NCBI GenBank assembly: GCA_951406725.2
Contig: OX597815.1
Span: 185,132,001 to 185,196,000 of the forward strand
Direction of reading: 5' to 3'
DNA from: Octopus vulgaris
Lineage: Eukaryota
DNA: 64,000 nucleotides
Positions 13,510 through 26,331 of this stretch are shown piece after piece. The position numbers and the translations under genes are program-made. Under the pieces are notes generated by a model. The model was given only the letters and a program-made list of their open reading frames with translations, had not been told where the DNA came from and searched no databases. Numbering within the stretch: the first letter of the stretch is position 1; every line of letters begins with the position of its first letter.

Positions 13510-14370
13510 TAGCAAAAGTTTTCCGGGCTAGTTATGTTTAATAAAAAATAACTTATTTACCCAACTTTTAACATCATCTCCTTCTAAGCACTCACTTTGT
13601 ACAGCAGTACACCGATCCCAGCGCTTCTGCCACTTTTGGAATCCAGACTGCTAGTTTTTTTTTTCCGTAAGTGAGACGAGGACCTTCTGCGATTCGATCT
13701 GGTTCTCGACAACGGTGACCTTTGAACTACTTTTTCATCTTGGAAAGAGTTGGAAGTCTTCAGATGCTAAATCTAGCGAATAAGGCGGGTGCAGAAACGA
13801 TACAATGTTGCTTTTGGAGAGAAACTCGCGGATGAGGAGAGCTCAGACGCAGGTTGCATTGTCGTCGTGAAGAATTCAATTCTTCATGCTCCGTAGATCC
13901 GGTCGCTTTCGCCAGATGTCCTCGCTTCGCCAGATGTCTTCCCTTCGGCAGATGTCCTTCCTTCGCCAGATGTCCTTCCTTCTCCAGATGTCTTTCCTTC
14001 GCCAGATGTCCTCGCTTCAAAATTTCATGCATAAGCTGATGAACTTTCTCCACATGTCCGAGGATGATGCTCGTGGCAGGTTTTCCAGATCGGTCATCGT
14101 CTTTCAGGGATGTACTTCCGCTTTTAAAACGTCCGGGCCACTCAAAACATTACGTACGACCCATTGCCTCAACAGCTTACACCTGCTGAAGCAAGCTCAA
14201 TGTCTCTGTAGCAGACTTTCCAAGTTTAACACAAAACTTCCTTTTTGCTTCTCCCAGCTTCCTGTCAAAGAGAAAATCGCAGACTACAGCATACACGTGA
14301 TCACGAAAATACAAATTCCACAACTTGCGAAGTAAACACAACGATGTCTCTTGGCACACTGTGACATTTT
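13505..14370 (-). mobile_element. Internally deleted, decayed mariner
   Basis: Minus-strand remnants KFCVKLGKSATET, CFEW..RFKSG..DDDRSGKP, RKRPDL, ILHDDNA, HPPYSLDLA, FQKWQKRWDRC. Confidence 0.88.
13908..14015. repeat. 18-bp minisatellite, 6 units (TTCGCCAGATGTCCTTCC)
   Basis: Direct reading; explains the repetitive ORFs 13760..14053 and 13886..14335. Confidence 0.93.
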
Positions 14371-14377
14371 AAAAGCG

Positions 14378-14423
<46 letters not shown>

Positions 14424-14428
<5 letters not shown>

Positions 14429-14605
14429 TAAATAAGGGTATCTAAGAGATACCACTATGCTTGAAATAGCAGTCAAAACTTGACTCTAAAACCACATCAA
14501 CTACTCAATACAGTACAAAATGAAAGGACAAATAGACAAATAGAACAAGGTTTTGACTGCTATTTCAAGCATGATGATATCTTTTAGATATCCTTATTTA
14601 TAATT
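14424..14605. repeat. Small foldback element beside (TA)n, ~55-bp arms
   Basis: TATAAATAAGGGTATCTAAGAGATACC..ATGCTTGAAATAGCAGTCAAAAC versus its reverse complement at 14550-14605. Confidence 0.8.
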
Positions 14606-14849
14606 TCAATAATTATTATAATATATGTTTTTTTCTTTCCATGCTGCCACGTGTTTTGATCGCTATTCAAAATAACGATTTTATCCGTAATTATATAGGG
14701 ATACACACACCCACATACACAAATTAAACACATCAAATATATTTTATACACTAAACATCAGATACAAAGTATGCTGCATGTATGTAAACATGCAAAACGA
14801 GAGGAAGGAAAAAGGGGTGACTTTCAGACGATGAATTTTTAACTATAAA

Positions 14850-15305
14850 TCTGTAGATATTTATTTTTATAATTCCAACTTAAACAGAGTACAAACGATA
14901 AGGAAAGGGGAGGAAGAAAAGTTTTATAAATTCAACAGCTGTTTCTGGAGGCGGTTTCCACTTCTACTCCTACCTTCTTTAGTACAGTCATTATGAACCT
15001 CCTACTCTTCTTGAACTATCTTTTCTCCTCTCACTATTCCCTGTCGTGATACCACCAGCATCCTTCTAATGCAGTTAGATCTCCACATTTACTTATTCCA
15101 TCTTTGAACTTTTCTGCATTAAGATCAGAAATGTAAGATCTCTACCCTGATGTTGTGATCTCTACACAGGATGTTGTGATGTACTAAGTTTAACAACATC
15201 ATTATGGATCACGGAGCCCCAAGAAACAGTTGTAACTTCTTTCTTGCACCCCTTTAATTTTCGCTGTCATTTGCATTTTGTGTAAGTTGGACCTCTAAAT
15301 ATAAA
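14850..15305. mobile_element. Degenerate PLE-type foldback remnant
   Basis: Diverged inverted arms (CCAACTTAAACAGAGTACAAACGATA vs TGTCATTTGCATTTTGTGTAAGTTGG). Both carry GAAACAG(C/T)TGT near their inner ends, like the 3' half of the hammerhead at 30983. Confidence 0.45.
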
Positions 15306-15529
15306 TATATATATATATATATAATAATAATAATATTAGGGAGTAAATCCAAACTTACAGGGAAAAATTAATTAATTTTATTTCTATGTTTTGGTTTATG
15401 TTTTTCACTGTTTGATTTGCCTAGTTGTGGTTTTATCTAATATATATATATAATTTTTCTTGAGAACATTTCTTAGTGGTAAGACCATAGCAGATCGATT
15501 TCTAGCATAAGGGTGTCCACATAGCGGTT

Positions 15530-15578
<49 letters not shown>

Positions 15579-15868
15579 TTATTTATACATAAGAATTCAT
15601 CTGAAGATTTCCAGTTTTTGCTTTCTCTCATTTTGCATGTATACATATAAACATACTTTGTATTTGATGCTTAATATATTGAATATATTTCATGTGTCTA
15701 ATTTGTTTATCCGTATAATTGCCTCTATATCCGCTCAAATTGATCCCTCTTATAACCTTTCTTTACCCCGTGGAATGATCCCCTGTAAAGACATCGGAAT
15801 TTAAGTTTGAATCGTTTGACCATAGTGTCTTCTATACGGAGAGTTTCTGGATCTCATCCGTGAACTAC

Positions 15869-15906
<38 letters not shown>

Positions 15907-15913
15907 GTCAGAC

Positions 15914-15949
<36 letters not shown>

Positions 15950-16794
15950 GCCAGACTGAGAGAGAGAGTGTTCCTATAATTATTTTATCTTCTTACACAG
16001 TCGAGTAGTGTATGGTATGTTGTCATTGACTCTGAATTACGGAAATATAGAGATGATCACTAAGAAGAAAGAAATTTGAACCGTTGAAGAACATGAACAT
16101 TAAAGGCTGTCTCTCTTACAGAAACCTTCATTAAATGTTAGAATGACAAAGCGATAGAAAGCTATACAATAGTGGAGGTCTTCTTGGGAACGCGGCGTAG
16201 CATATTTCGAAGTGTTTCCAAAGATCAAGGTAAAATAACCGAATCAATATCATACACAGGGAATATTTACATGCAAATTAAGTGAAAACTTTTTGTCGCT
16301 TTTGAAATGACTTGACACACGAAAACACATGGATATAACGTGAGATCCATTGTAATATCGCAATACATGTTACTGAGCACTGGAAACTGCTTACTATACA
16401 TTTCTCTAATTCACCTGGCTGTAGGATATCTGTATTATATTATCTTGGAATGACTGGTATTAATTTCAGGTTGAGCATAACAGTTAGTTTGCACCTGGCT
16501 ATTCTACTTTTAAATTATGCAACCTCATGCATCCATCGTATGTGGAAGGATGATTACAGCATATATTATTTATTTGTCTGAATGTGTGTGCTTCTGTATA
16601 AGTAAGTTCAATAAATATAGGAGCTCTCTCTGACAGATATATGTGTGTGTGTATACACACTCACACATATACATTATAGATGTATATAAAATCACATACA
16701 TGCACGCATGTATACATCCGCGCATACATACATACATACAGATCGTTAGCCACTACACACATTTTTTTCTCTCCTTGTTTTTTTTCCTGTGTCC

Positions 16795-16830
16795 CTTTCT
16801 GTAGAAGAGCGTAGGCTCGAAACGTAAAAG
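16795..16830 (+). ncRNA. Minimal hammerhead-like motif (variant core) in a ~180-bp PLE-type repeat (16741-16920)
   Basis: CTTT-CTGTAGA-A-GAGC gtag GCTC-GAAA-CG-TA-AAAG: stems I and II pair, stem III is the palindrome ACGT, and the core is CUGUAGA instead of CUGANGA. Confidence 0.6.
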
Positions 16831-17547
16831 ACTTTTTCTATTCCTGAGCGTTATACTAATACCTTTTTGTACACCACCTATCTTCGTCTTTTGTTGGGTT
16901 TTTTTCGTAAAATCTCCCTACATACAAACATACATATGTATACATACATGTACGTGTGAATATGAATTCGTATAGAAAAAAGAACAGCCGAGAAGCTAAA
17001 ACCACAGAAAATTTTTACTGCATTTTGTATTAAGTATATAGTCGAAATGAGTTTAAAGTTGCACTCATATTGTCCTTTGGAATGTATGCGTATAAATAAT
17101 CTTTTATCTTTTTTACCAGTTATACAGCAGGAATTATATAACCTGTTACAACATTATTTACAAACTCATATGTTTTGATTTATTCAAAAGCGAGTAGAAT
17201 TGATATAATAATATTCTGCTAAGTTGTATCCTGTTAAATCGAAAAATTAAGAGAGACATTAATGCAATTGGTTGATTGCTTTTCTCTATTAGTTCTGGCT
17301 CACTACGCTCTGATATCAAAGTCTTATCAAACCAATTTTGCCTTTTAATCGTTTGGAGGATTGCATGTCAAATACCATTTCTTGGCTGTGAATAAACGGA
17401 CCTGTTAAAGAGAAGAGCATGTTGCTTTGTAGTAAATATTCCGGTTCTTCAAGTTCTTATAGTAACACCTGCGCTGATATCGGGTCAAGCTTTATTGGCC
17501 TAAATCATCGGATCTTTCTTTCGATAAATATCAGAGAGGTGGAGAAG

Positions 17548-17700
17548 GGAGAACAACACCGTTGTCGAGAGCCAGATCGGATCGCAGAAGGTCCTCGACT
17601 CACTTACGGAAGACTTGCAGACTGGATTCCAGAAGTGGTAGAAACGCTAGGGCCGAGGTATTGCTGTGCAAAGTGAATATTTAGAAGATGATCATAAAAG
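17548..17700 (+). mobile_element. Mariner 3' fragment, same family as 13505-14370
   Basis: CACCGTTGTCGAGAGCCAGATCGGATCGCAGAAGGTCCTCG is the near reverse complement of 13677-13718. Confidence 0.82.
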
Positions 17701-17716
17701 GGAGATGACATATGTA

Positions 17717-17947
17717 TTTCTATATTACCCACAAGGGGCTAAACATAGAGGGGACACACAAGGACAGACAAACGGATTAAGTCCATTACATCGACCCCAG
17801 TGCGTAACTGGTACTTAATTTATCGACCCCGAAAGGATGAAAGGCAAAGTCGACCTCGGCAGGATTTGAACTCAGAACGTAACGGCAGACGAAATACGGC
17901 TACGCATTTCACCCGGCATGCTAACGTTTCTGCCAGCTCGCCGCCTT
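17717..17947 (-). mobile_element. SINE-A full-length
   Basis: Matches other copies; ~20-bp TSD AAAGGGAGATGACATATGTA / AAAGGGAGATAATATATGTA. Confidence 0.93.
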
Positions 17948-20900
17948 AAAGGGAGATAATATATGTAATCATTCTTCCTAAACACGAAAATCTTGTGTTC
18001 AGGCACGGACATACATGTACAGATGCTTGTTCAATCTTCACCGACGGATGTCAGATATATTCTGTGAAGTAATTGTTTGATGTGCCCCTACAACAGAATA
18101 TTCTTCCGTTTTGTTCTCTACAGCACATCGGGTCTTGTACTATTTTTCTTGCAAGTTCTTTGTAAGCCAGGAATTTTGTCTCACACTTGTCTCACTCAGC
18201 ATGTCACCTAAATTATGCATTGCTTAGTCCATTTGAAATTTCGTAAATGCAAATTATCATATTTCTAAAAAGAGAGAGTAATGAGCGTTTACGATCTGAT
18301 TAATTAATGGAATGCAGGCGACGGTAAATTGAAATTTGCTTGATGCGTCGAGTTAGAAATTTGTTACGTGTCATCATATGTTGTCGGCAATTTGTTCAAG
18401 GAAATTATGAATGTATTTTAGCAATTTTTCTCCTAATCATTAGCTGAAGCTAATGATTGGGAGGAAAAAATATACTCGTTAAATTTATGAAGGTGCGGCT
18501 GCTTTTCATGAATGATATTTTATTTCTTTCGCTTTTTTTTTTTGTCGTCGGTTCAGTTTGTTTTTCAAATCATGTCAATTTCAATGGATTTCGTATTTTT
18601 AAGCATCCACGAATTCGGTGAAACATTTCTTTGAAAATCCACATAGAAAGTGATTAAATGTTATAAATAAAATCTGAAAGGTCAAAGCGGTGATTGAACA
18701 AAAACGATTTTCATTAAAAAATATTAAATCAAATATAGAAAAAATTTTTTTTTTCCTTTTTTTGGCTGTTAAAGATGAAATTTGACTAAATGTCAAGAAT
18801 TTTTAACTGAAACGCTAATGGATGTTATTGATTCCAATGCGTTTAAAAATGAAAGTATTGAAGTAGCGTATTCTTTTGAACCAAAAAATTTACTGGTTAA
18901 CATTTTAAACTAAAAAAAAATTGTACTAGATTTTCTTAAGTCGTATTTGTAACAAAGTTAAGACGATATCGTTCACACGATCAAGTATATTGTACTTATA
19001 CAATTATTATTGTGAATATTATTAATTGCAACAGAAACGGTATTACTGCCAAAGGGTAATATTTATCCTTAATTAAAAGTAGATGTTTTGTTAGAACACA
19101 AAATACTACGTTATTTACCACGAGAGAATTTGACATGGATTTGTGGTGTATATAAGATCTCGTGTTTACATCGCTAGCGGGAGATAATCCACTGTTATCA
19201 TCACTGGGGCTTCCCGAACATGTGATTTCGGTCTTTTTTTTTTTTTGGCCTTGTCAGTGACAGATTTCCAGGCTAGAGATAGCAGCTATTCCTCCGTCAG
19301 TGATATACATAGAGTGTCAGTGTCCATTCAGGTACCGGCGTTGCAAATAACTAGCGGGCTTATTAAAAACTAATCAATAGCGACAAAAGCAGTATTGATA
19401 GTAAAAGGTAATATTTATCCGTACTTAGCAGTAGATAATAGATATTAGAACAAGTTCACAGGAGAGGTCTTCCCATGGTCAATATACAGTATTCTTTGTT
19501 CTACTGCATTTTTTGACTGAAGTGTCCTTCCCGTTTTTAAACATTAGGGTTATATTGTAATTTCATCGGGATTTGGCTCCAACTACCATCAACCGGAGCA
19601 TCTACGTTGAAGCAGCCTGCTTTTGTTGTCTACATTTAGATATATATTGTCAAGAATTTACTGCACTTAATAACGAATGTTTAAAAGCAATTCAGTTTAT
19701 AAAAGTGTGAAAAATTTTTAGACGTGAAATCGAATGCTTGAGGCTATCGATCTGATGTATAGACAGACAAATTTCCTTTCTCTGTTGCGTTTTAAGCAAT
19801 GAATTCTTTTTAGCTTTAGCAAAGATCCATTTATTGACACTTGATTTTAACTTACGCTCACTGTTAATTCTCGGCACATGCTTCATAAATATCCTTGTGC
19901 ATTACGAAATCTTATTCTTGCAGCCTGTAAATATACGTTCTTGTACTTGAGTTATCAATATATGTGTTCTTTCAACTCATTGATGATTTAGGCCAATATT
20001 TGTGGTTATTGAGCAAAACGTAAATTGTAGAACATTACAGATTTTCATTCGGTAATTTTTCTTCGTACAATTCTTTTCGATTTTATATCTACGACATTGA
20101 AAGCGTCATTGTTGTAGGGTACAATACAGGTTTTGAGTGTCCGCCCTGTATTCAGTATATTTCTTTACACTCGTAAGTACAATAAGGCTATAGGCAGAGG
20201 CTAGCAATTTAAAGTCAGGTTTATGGCAATTTTTATTTCTTTACCTTTATATCTCTTGATTTGCATCCATGAACAGTCTGAACATTATTATATTCATCAA
20301 TATAATAATGATCGGACGTAGCTTATGTCTTTATTTTGAGTGAGTATGGGATTTTTACATTTGTCATAATTTGATGGGGAAATAATTTTCTTAAATAGTG
20401 TTTGGGTTGATGGAGCATATGGACGTTATGGTATGTTCCGGTCGTGCTTGGAAATGACAAAGATTTCTGTTCGCATCCGCAGTACTTCTTTCCTTTACAT
20501 ATATTTCTCATTGTCCATCGGGTATGTGAATGTGATGGATGCAATCTTGTGATAATGCAAAAGTAGATGTGGTTTGAGTTAAAAGGATCTCAATCCAGCA
20601 ATAAATTAAAACCAAATTTCCCCCTAAACTACGTTCCATCTTGACTTTCTAAAGAAGGAAAACCATATTGAAGAATCTAATTCTAAAGTCAGCGTGACAG
20701 AAAAATACGACGAAGAAATCAATATTGTCGAATAACTGGAAAATTCTATAAGATGGGAACGTGTTTATTGGTGATTTACAAAATTGATGACGCTGTTATT
20801 TAACCATTTTCAACAGACTGATTGACATAGATCCATCTTTATATTCTTTAAACAATATTGCGTTAATTTTCTACACAAATTTTACCGAAATGACAGGTAT

Positions 20901-21235
20901 TTGGATCTTTTATGGCCATTTCGTCTTGTTTGTCATGAGAAAATGTGTAAAACCATTAACTTCATTCCTGTCAGTTATTTGTACACATATATCCGATAAA
21001 ACTATCCTAAACTAGGAACCTTCTTGGCTTAAAAATCTCCACTTTGAAGATATATTTATTACACCATAGCAATATTCTTACATCTTTTCATTAGAAATAT
21101 CAACACCCGTTTATTAACAAGAACCGGATGTAATCTGATCGACTTTGTTTCGATAGAATATTATTCGCTATCAGCATGCACGAGTTATTTATACAATGCT
21201 TAAACAGTGATGCAATATCGTAGAAGAAAATATTG

Positions 21236-21365
21236 GTTTCAAATTTTGGCACAATGCCAGCAATTTCGGGGGCGAGGCAAAATCAGTTACATCGACACCC
21301 TGCGCCAAGGGCTCAGCTGGTACTTATTTTATCGTCCCAGTAAGGATGAAAGGCAACGTGACATT
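21236..21365 (-). mobile_element. Degenerate SINE-A 3' half (tail type 2)
   Basis: TTTCAAATTTTGGCACAA..CTGGTACTTATTTTATCG..AGGATGAAAGGCAA. Confidence 0.7.
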
Positions 21366-23625
21366 TAGTAGAGATGACCCGGAAGTTATTCCTCTTTGAT
21401 TACTATTGTAAACAGCAGTAGCATTCTTTAACGGAATATACGTCGTTGATTGGTTGAAATTACTCAAATACGACAATTTTAACACGAAATAACTTCTAAA
21501 ATACGAAATTTTGTCAAAAAGTTCAGAGTAAACCGTGTTCTACGGTTACAAAAAATATTAAAAAATGTGATTGAGCTGGAATAGATCCGGATATAAACTA
21601 TATGCTTAATATATAGCTATTGTTTTAAGGGAATTTAATTCCTCGAACATACCAGGTATTGAAACAGTATTTCTTTCAATGCAACCATCCCTTCACTAGG
21701 TTAACATACCCTCTAATTAAATGCATGTATGTATGTATGTATGTATGTATGTATGTATATCTATATACATTTATATACAAAGTAAGAGAGAGAGAAAGAA
21801 ATCGTGAGTGTGAGGAGAAAACAGCGAGAGAATATGACTCTCATATTATTCTAAATTATCGAATAGTTGCTATTAACATATACAGATATTACAATACAAC
21901 ATTGATACTCCATCTTTATGTATGTTTTTAGCATCAATAATGTGCATATAATATATTTTACCATTAATAGTTATCTAAACTCACACAGTTACGTTTACAT
22001 CCATTGTGAGATGAGAATATTAAAATATTTCCGAGTATTAAGCTTTATATCAAATAATTAATTCCAACTTTCTTTTGGAGTTTCTCTGTAGCAAAACAGG
22101 CATATGCCATATGCCTATGCCATATCGATTGATACTTCATTTGTTCTTTGATGTCTGTTCAAGTGCTAGAAGCTTTTAACAATAACGCATATATATATAT
22201 ACATATATATTGTAAACAATAATTGTTTTAAACGCATGCTAAAATGCTTGGGGTTTAAAAGATGCAAAAGAGAAACTGTAAGTTTTTTAAGAGAAGAGGT
22301 AACCTGGTTTCAGCTTTGTTCTTACTAGGAAACAAGATCAGGTAATGGATTTGGTTTGAAGATAATTTACCTCTAATGTATTGTAGTCGCTAATTTGTTG
22401 GATAATTATTTCTCACATAAAACTAATCCATCATGCATGAAGGTGGGTGAGAAAAGAAAATTGCTTTTTTGCTAATGCCGTTTTTTTTTCTGTCAGAGCG
22501 TCAGAACAATGGTTTGTAACGGAAGAGAAAGCGAAAGTGAAAGTTGAAAGCTTGCATATTATTCACAGATTATGCAAGCAATAGTTATATAAGTTGTTCT
22601 GTAAGAAATATACGACAATACAAAGTATAGTCTTATTAATGACGATGGTAGTGAACTGAAATACTTTAAAAGTCTAATGAAAATTAGTTTCGTGAATTTC
22701 TTTACCTTTCTTTTCAGGAAATATTACGCTTATTGAGATAAGAATTATACTCGAGGGAAAATTCTTTTAACATAGGGCGACACCAAATAGAAACTTTTTA
22801 GCACAATCGGTTGAAGTTAACTTCTATTTCACTATAGACGCCATCTTGCAAAATTCTAATAGAAAACATTTGTTGCCCTAGAGGCAAGATTATATCTTTT
22901 AACTTGGCAGTAATTTGGAAACAAAAATAGAACAAACAAAAGAAGTAGCCATTCTTTCTCCTTGTCTGGAGCAGACATGAGCCTTTTGTTTTCTTGTTAT
23001 TGTGAATGCATATAATAAAGTGAATATAAGCGAAATTATTCTTAAGCCATCTCAAATATTCTATAGGAGAAATCGAAAATCAATACGAATCATATCTAAA
23101 TGAAAAGTGGATAATTTATCTCATTGCATTGTGTTCTATGATAATGTTACTATTTCGTGGTATTAAAGACACAAAAGATATTTCAAAATATATCTTTGTT
23201 ATCGTTCTTTAGAATACACTGAAATGATGTAAATGCTAACCTTTTAAAAAAAGAGAGCCACTCCCCAACGAATTGAGCTTTTCAAGTTAAACCGCAGACT
23301 AACGTAAAAGTTTCTGTTGTTAATCTTTCTCAAAATATAGATATGTATTTTGTCGTTATTGGAGAAGGATTGAACAGATCTTGATAATCATCTAAAATTT
23401 GAAATTTCTAACAAAAGCTAAACTGCTTTACTCTTTTTATTCTTTTTGATGTGCATTATCAGGCTTATTTAATACGAGTTCACTTAGAATTCTATTCCAA
23501 AGCCATGAGAAAAGAAGGTGGAATCAGTCTTGATATAGGTTTAAGGGGAAAAAGATACAGGGTGGTCAGAAAGTTTTGTCACCCCCTATCTAAAAGTAAT
23601 AAGAACGATAGAGGAACAATATAAT

Positions 23626-24021
23626 CCTTTCTACGATAGGCACAAGGCCTGAAATTGGGGGGGGGGGGCAGTTGATTAGATCGACCCATTACGCAACTGG
23701 TACTTAACTTATCGTCCCCCGAAAGGATGAAAGGCAAAGTCGACCTCGGTGGAATTTGAACTCAGAACGTAGCGTCGGGCGAAATACCTATTTCTTTACT
23801 ACCCACAAGGGGCTAAACACAGAGATGACAAACAAGGAGAATCAAACGGATTAAGTCGATTATATCGGCTCCAGTGCGTAACTGGTACTTATTTAATCGA
23901 CCCCGAAAGGATGAAAGGCAAAGTGGACATCGGTGAAATTTGAACTCAGAACGTAGCGGCAGACGAAATACCGCTAAGCATTTCGCCCGGCGTGCTAAAG
24001 TTTCTGCCAGCTCGCCGCCTT
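23626..24021 (-). mobile_element. SINE-A heterodimer (head + body/tail-1 + body/tail-2)
   Basis: Internal junction at 23788/23789; outer 16-bp TSD AGAGGAACAATATAAT (23610-23625) / AGAGGAACACTATAAT (24022-24037). Confidence 0.92.
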
Positions 24022-24288
24022 AGAGGAACACTATAATATCAAGCACATTTAACTGGTTTTAGTATTTTCACTTTCATTGACGCTGATGCTATCACACATC
24101 GTGAAGGTCTGTATGAACACCAACAGCTTCGTCAAGTATCACAAAGGACATGGCTCCGCATCATTCTATGCCACGAAAATGATGGTGTTTATACAGGCCT
24201 TGTTGATATGTGAGAGTGTCAGCGTCAATGAAAGTGAATGTTCTAAAACCAGTTAAATGTGTTTGATATTATTATATTGTTCTTCTGT

Positions 24289-24670
24289 GGAACAGCAATG
24301 GCCTAGTGGTTAGAGCAGCGGACTCGCGGTCATAGGATCTCAGTTTCGATTCCTAGAACGGGTGTTGTAAGTGTTTATTGAGCGAAAACACCTAAAAGCC
24401 ACACGAGGCTCCGGCAGGGGGTAGTTGCGAGCCCTGCTGTACTCTTTCACCACAACTTTCTCTCATTCTTTCTTCTTGTTTCTGCTGTAGTTGTATTTCA
24501 AAGGGACCAGCCTTGTCACACTCTGTATCACGCTGAATCCCCCCGAGAACCACGTTAAGGGTACACGTGTTAGTGGAGTGCTCAGCCATTTGCACGTTAA
24601 TTTCACGAGCAGGCTGTTCCGTTGATCGGATCAACTGGAACCCACTTCGTCGTAGCCGACGGAGTGCCAC
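24289..24670 (+). mobile_element. SINE-C (~380 bp, tRNA-derived head)
   Basis: A box TGGCCTAGTGG, B-box-like GTTTCGATTCC; ends CGTAGCCGACGGAGTGCCAC; TSD ATTGTTCTTCTGT / ATTGTTGCTCTGT; other copies at 37269, 54989, 61283. Confidence 0.92.
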
Positions 24671-25407
24671 GGCGATTGTTGCTCTGTTATTCATATTACT
24701 TTTCGGTAAGGGGTGACAAGACTTTCGGACCACCCGAAAGATTACCAAAATAATAGTAATCCAACAATCTGTCCGCTGTGATTATCAAATGTGAATATCT
24801 ATATTTACGTCTTCCCAAAATTAATAAACGGGTTTCAATCACCAGGCAAGAGTTTTATGATGACAAAGGCGACGGGAATTAACGGAACATGATGACATAA
24901 CATGCCGTTATATGCGTTTTTAATCTGTCGTGCTATTGTTAGTCAGCTGGAATAATAAATAATTGTCCATCCACTTAATCATGAATGGCAGAATATATCA
25001 CGACCACTTCTTAAGTGTAATTCTATAGTCTCCATGGAAATTTCGACATCAAGAGCAATTTTATGAGTTTCACACACACACACATGAAATCGATGATATG
25101 ATCCGTATATCTAAATTGAAGAATAGTATATGCTATAAAATACTAATATTTTACAGCTATAGAGATTGGTGCAGCTTCTTATATTACAAAATCAAGCACA
25201 ATTACATTGCTGTATGCCTGTGATTAGAAACGAAAGAAAGAGAAGAGGCGAGAAGAATAAAAAAAAACTGTGAATGTGAGAGACAAACGGAACAAATGAG
25301 TGAGAAAAGCAGCAAAACGGATGATGGCAGCAAAACATATAATTCCGCGTTGAAGGGAATCAAAGACAAGTAGCTGCTTTCATTCCCGAGAAACATAATT
25401 CCATTAA

Positions 25408-25995
25408 AAGGCGGCGAGCTGGCAGAAACGTTTGCACGCCGGGCGAAATGCTTAGCGGTATTTCGTCTGCGATTACGTTCCGCCGAGGTCGACTTTTCCT
25501 TTCATCCTTTCGGGGTCGATAAATTAAGTACCAGTTACGCACTGGGGTCGATGTAATCAACTTAATCCGTTTGCCTGTCCTTGTTTGTCCTCTCTGGGCT
25601 TAGCCCCTTGTGAGTAGTAAAGAAATAGGTATTTCGTCTGCCGTTACGTTCTGAGTTCAAATCCCTCCGAGGTCGACTATTCCTTTCATCCTTTCAGGGT
25701 CGATAAATTAAGTACCAGTTACGCACTGGGGTCGATGTAATCAACTTAATCCGTTTGCCTGTCCTTGTTTGTCCTCTCTGGGCTTAGCCCCTTGTGAGTA
25801 GTAAAGAAATAGGTATTTCGTCTGCCGTTACGTTCTGAGTTCAAATCCCTCCGAGGTCGACTATTCCTTTCATCCTTTCAGGGTCGATAAATCAAGTACC
25901 AGTTACGCACTGGGGTCGATGTAATCAACTTAATCCGTTTGCCTGTCCTTGTTTGTCCTCTCTGGGCTTAGCCCCTTGTGAGTAGTAAAGAAATA
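25408..25995 (+). mobile_element. SINE-A trimer: one head plus three head-less bodies (184-bp unit)
   Basis: Junction AAAGAAATA|GGTATTTCGTCTG at 25628 and 25812; TSD AAACATAATTCCATTA / AAACATAGATCCATTA. Confidence 0.94.
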
Positions 25996-26331
25996 CAAAC
26001 ATAGATCCATTACTTAGAGCAGATGTCACATTGTACCACATTATTAAATCGCTACAAGAGACGGCTCATTATATAAAACATATTCTTAGTTTATTGGCGA
26101 CATTCACTAGTTCTATGGGTCAGTCCCATAGATCAGATTCCATTTATCACTGTTCTCAATCCATAATCTCAATCTGCAGCAGTTTTTGTTGATGTCGACC
26201 CACAACACTTATCTCAGCCTCTCATGTTGTTATATACTTATCCGTTGCGTGGTAGCTGAATTATCATTTCGGGGTTCACTATGCATGAGTCAAAGATTCA
26301 ATTATTTTTTTATTTTAATAATAGAGAAAAT

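Larger units (their letters stand above)
23558..24737. mobile_element. Tc1/mariner-type foldback MITE with long TIRs, hosting two SINE insertions
   Basis: Ends CAGGGTGGTCAGAAAGTTTTGTCACCCC / GGGGTGACAAGACTTTCGGACCACCC; inner arms 24038-24100 and 24204-24270 are reverse complements. Confidence 0.87.

Noticed and set aside
15975-16022. Possible 14-nt microexon (polypyrimidine-CAG ... GTATGT)
   Set aside because: Splice-like signals alone are not enough without transcript data or neighbouring exons.
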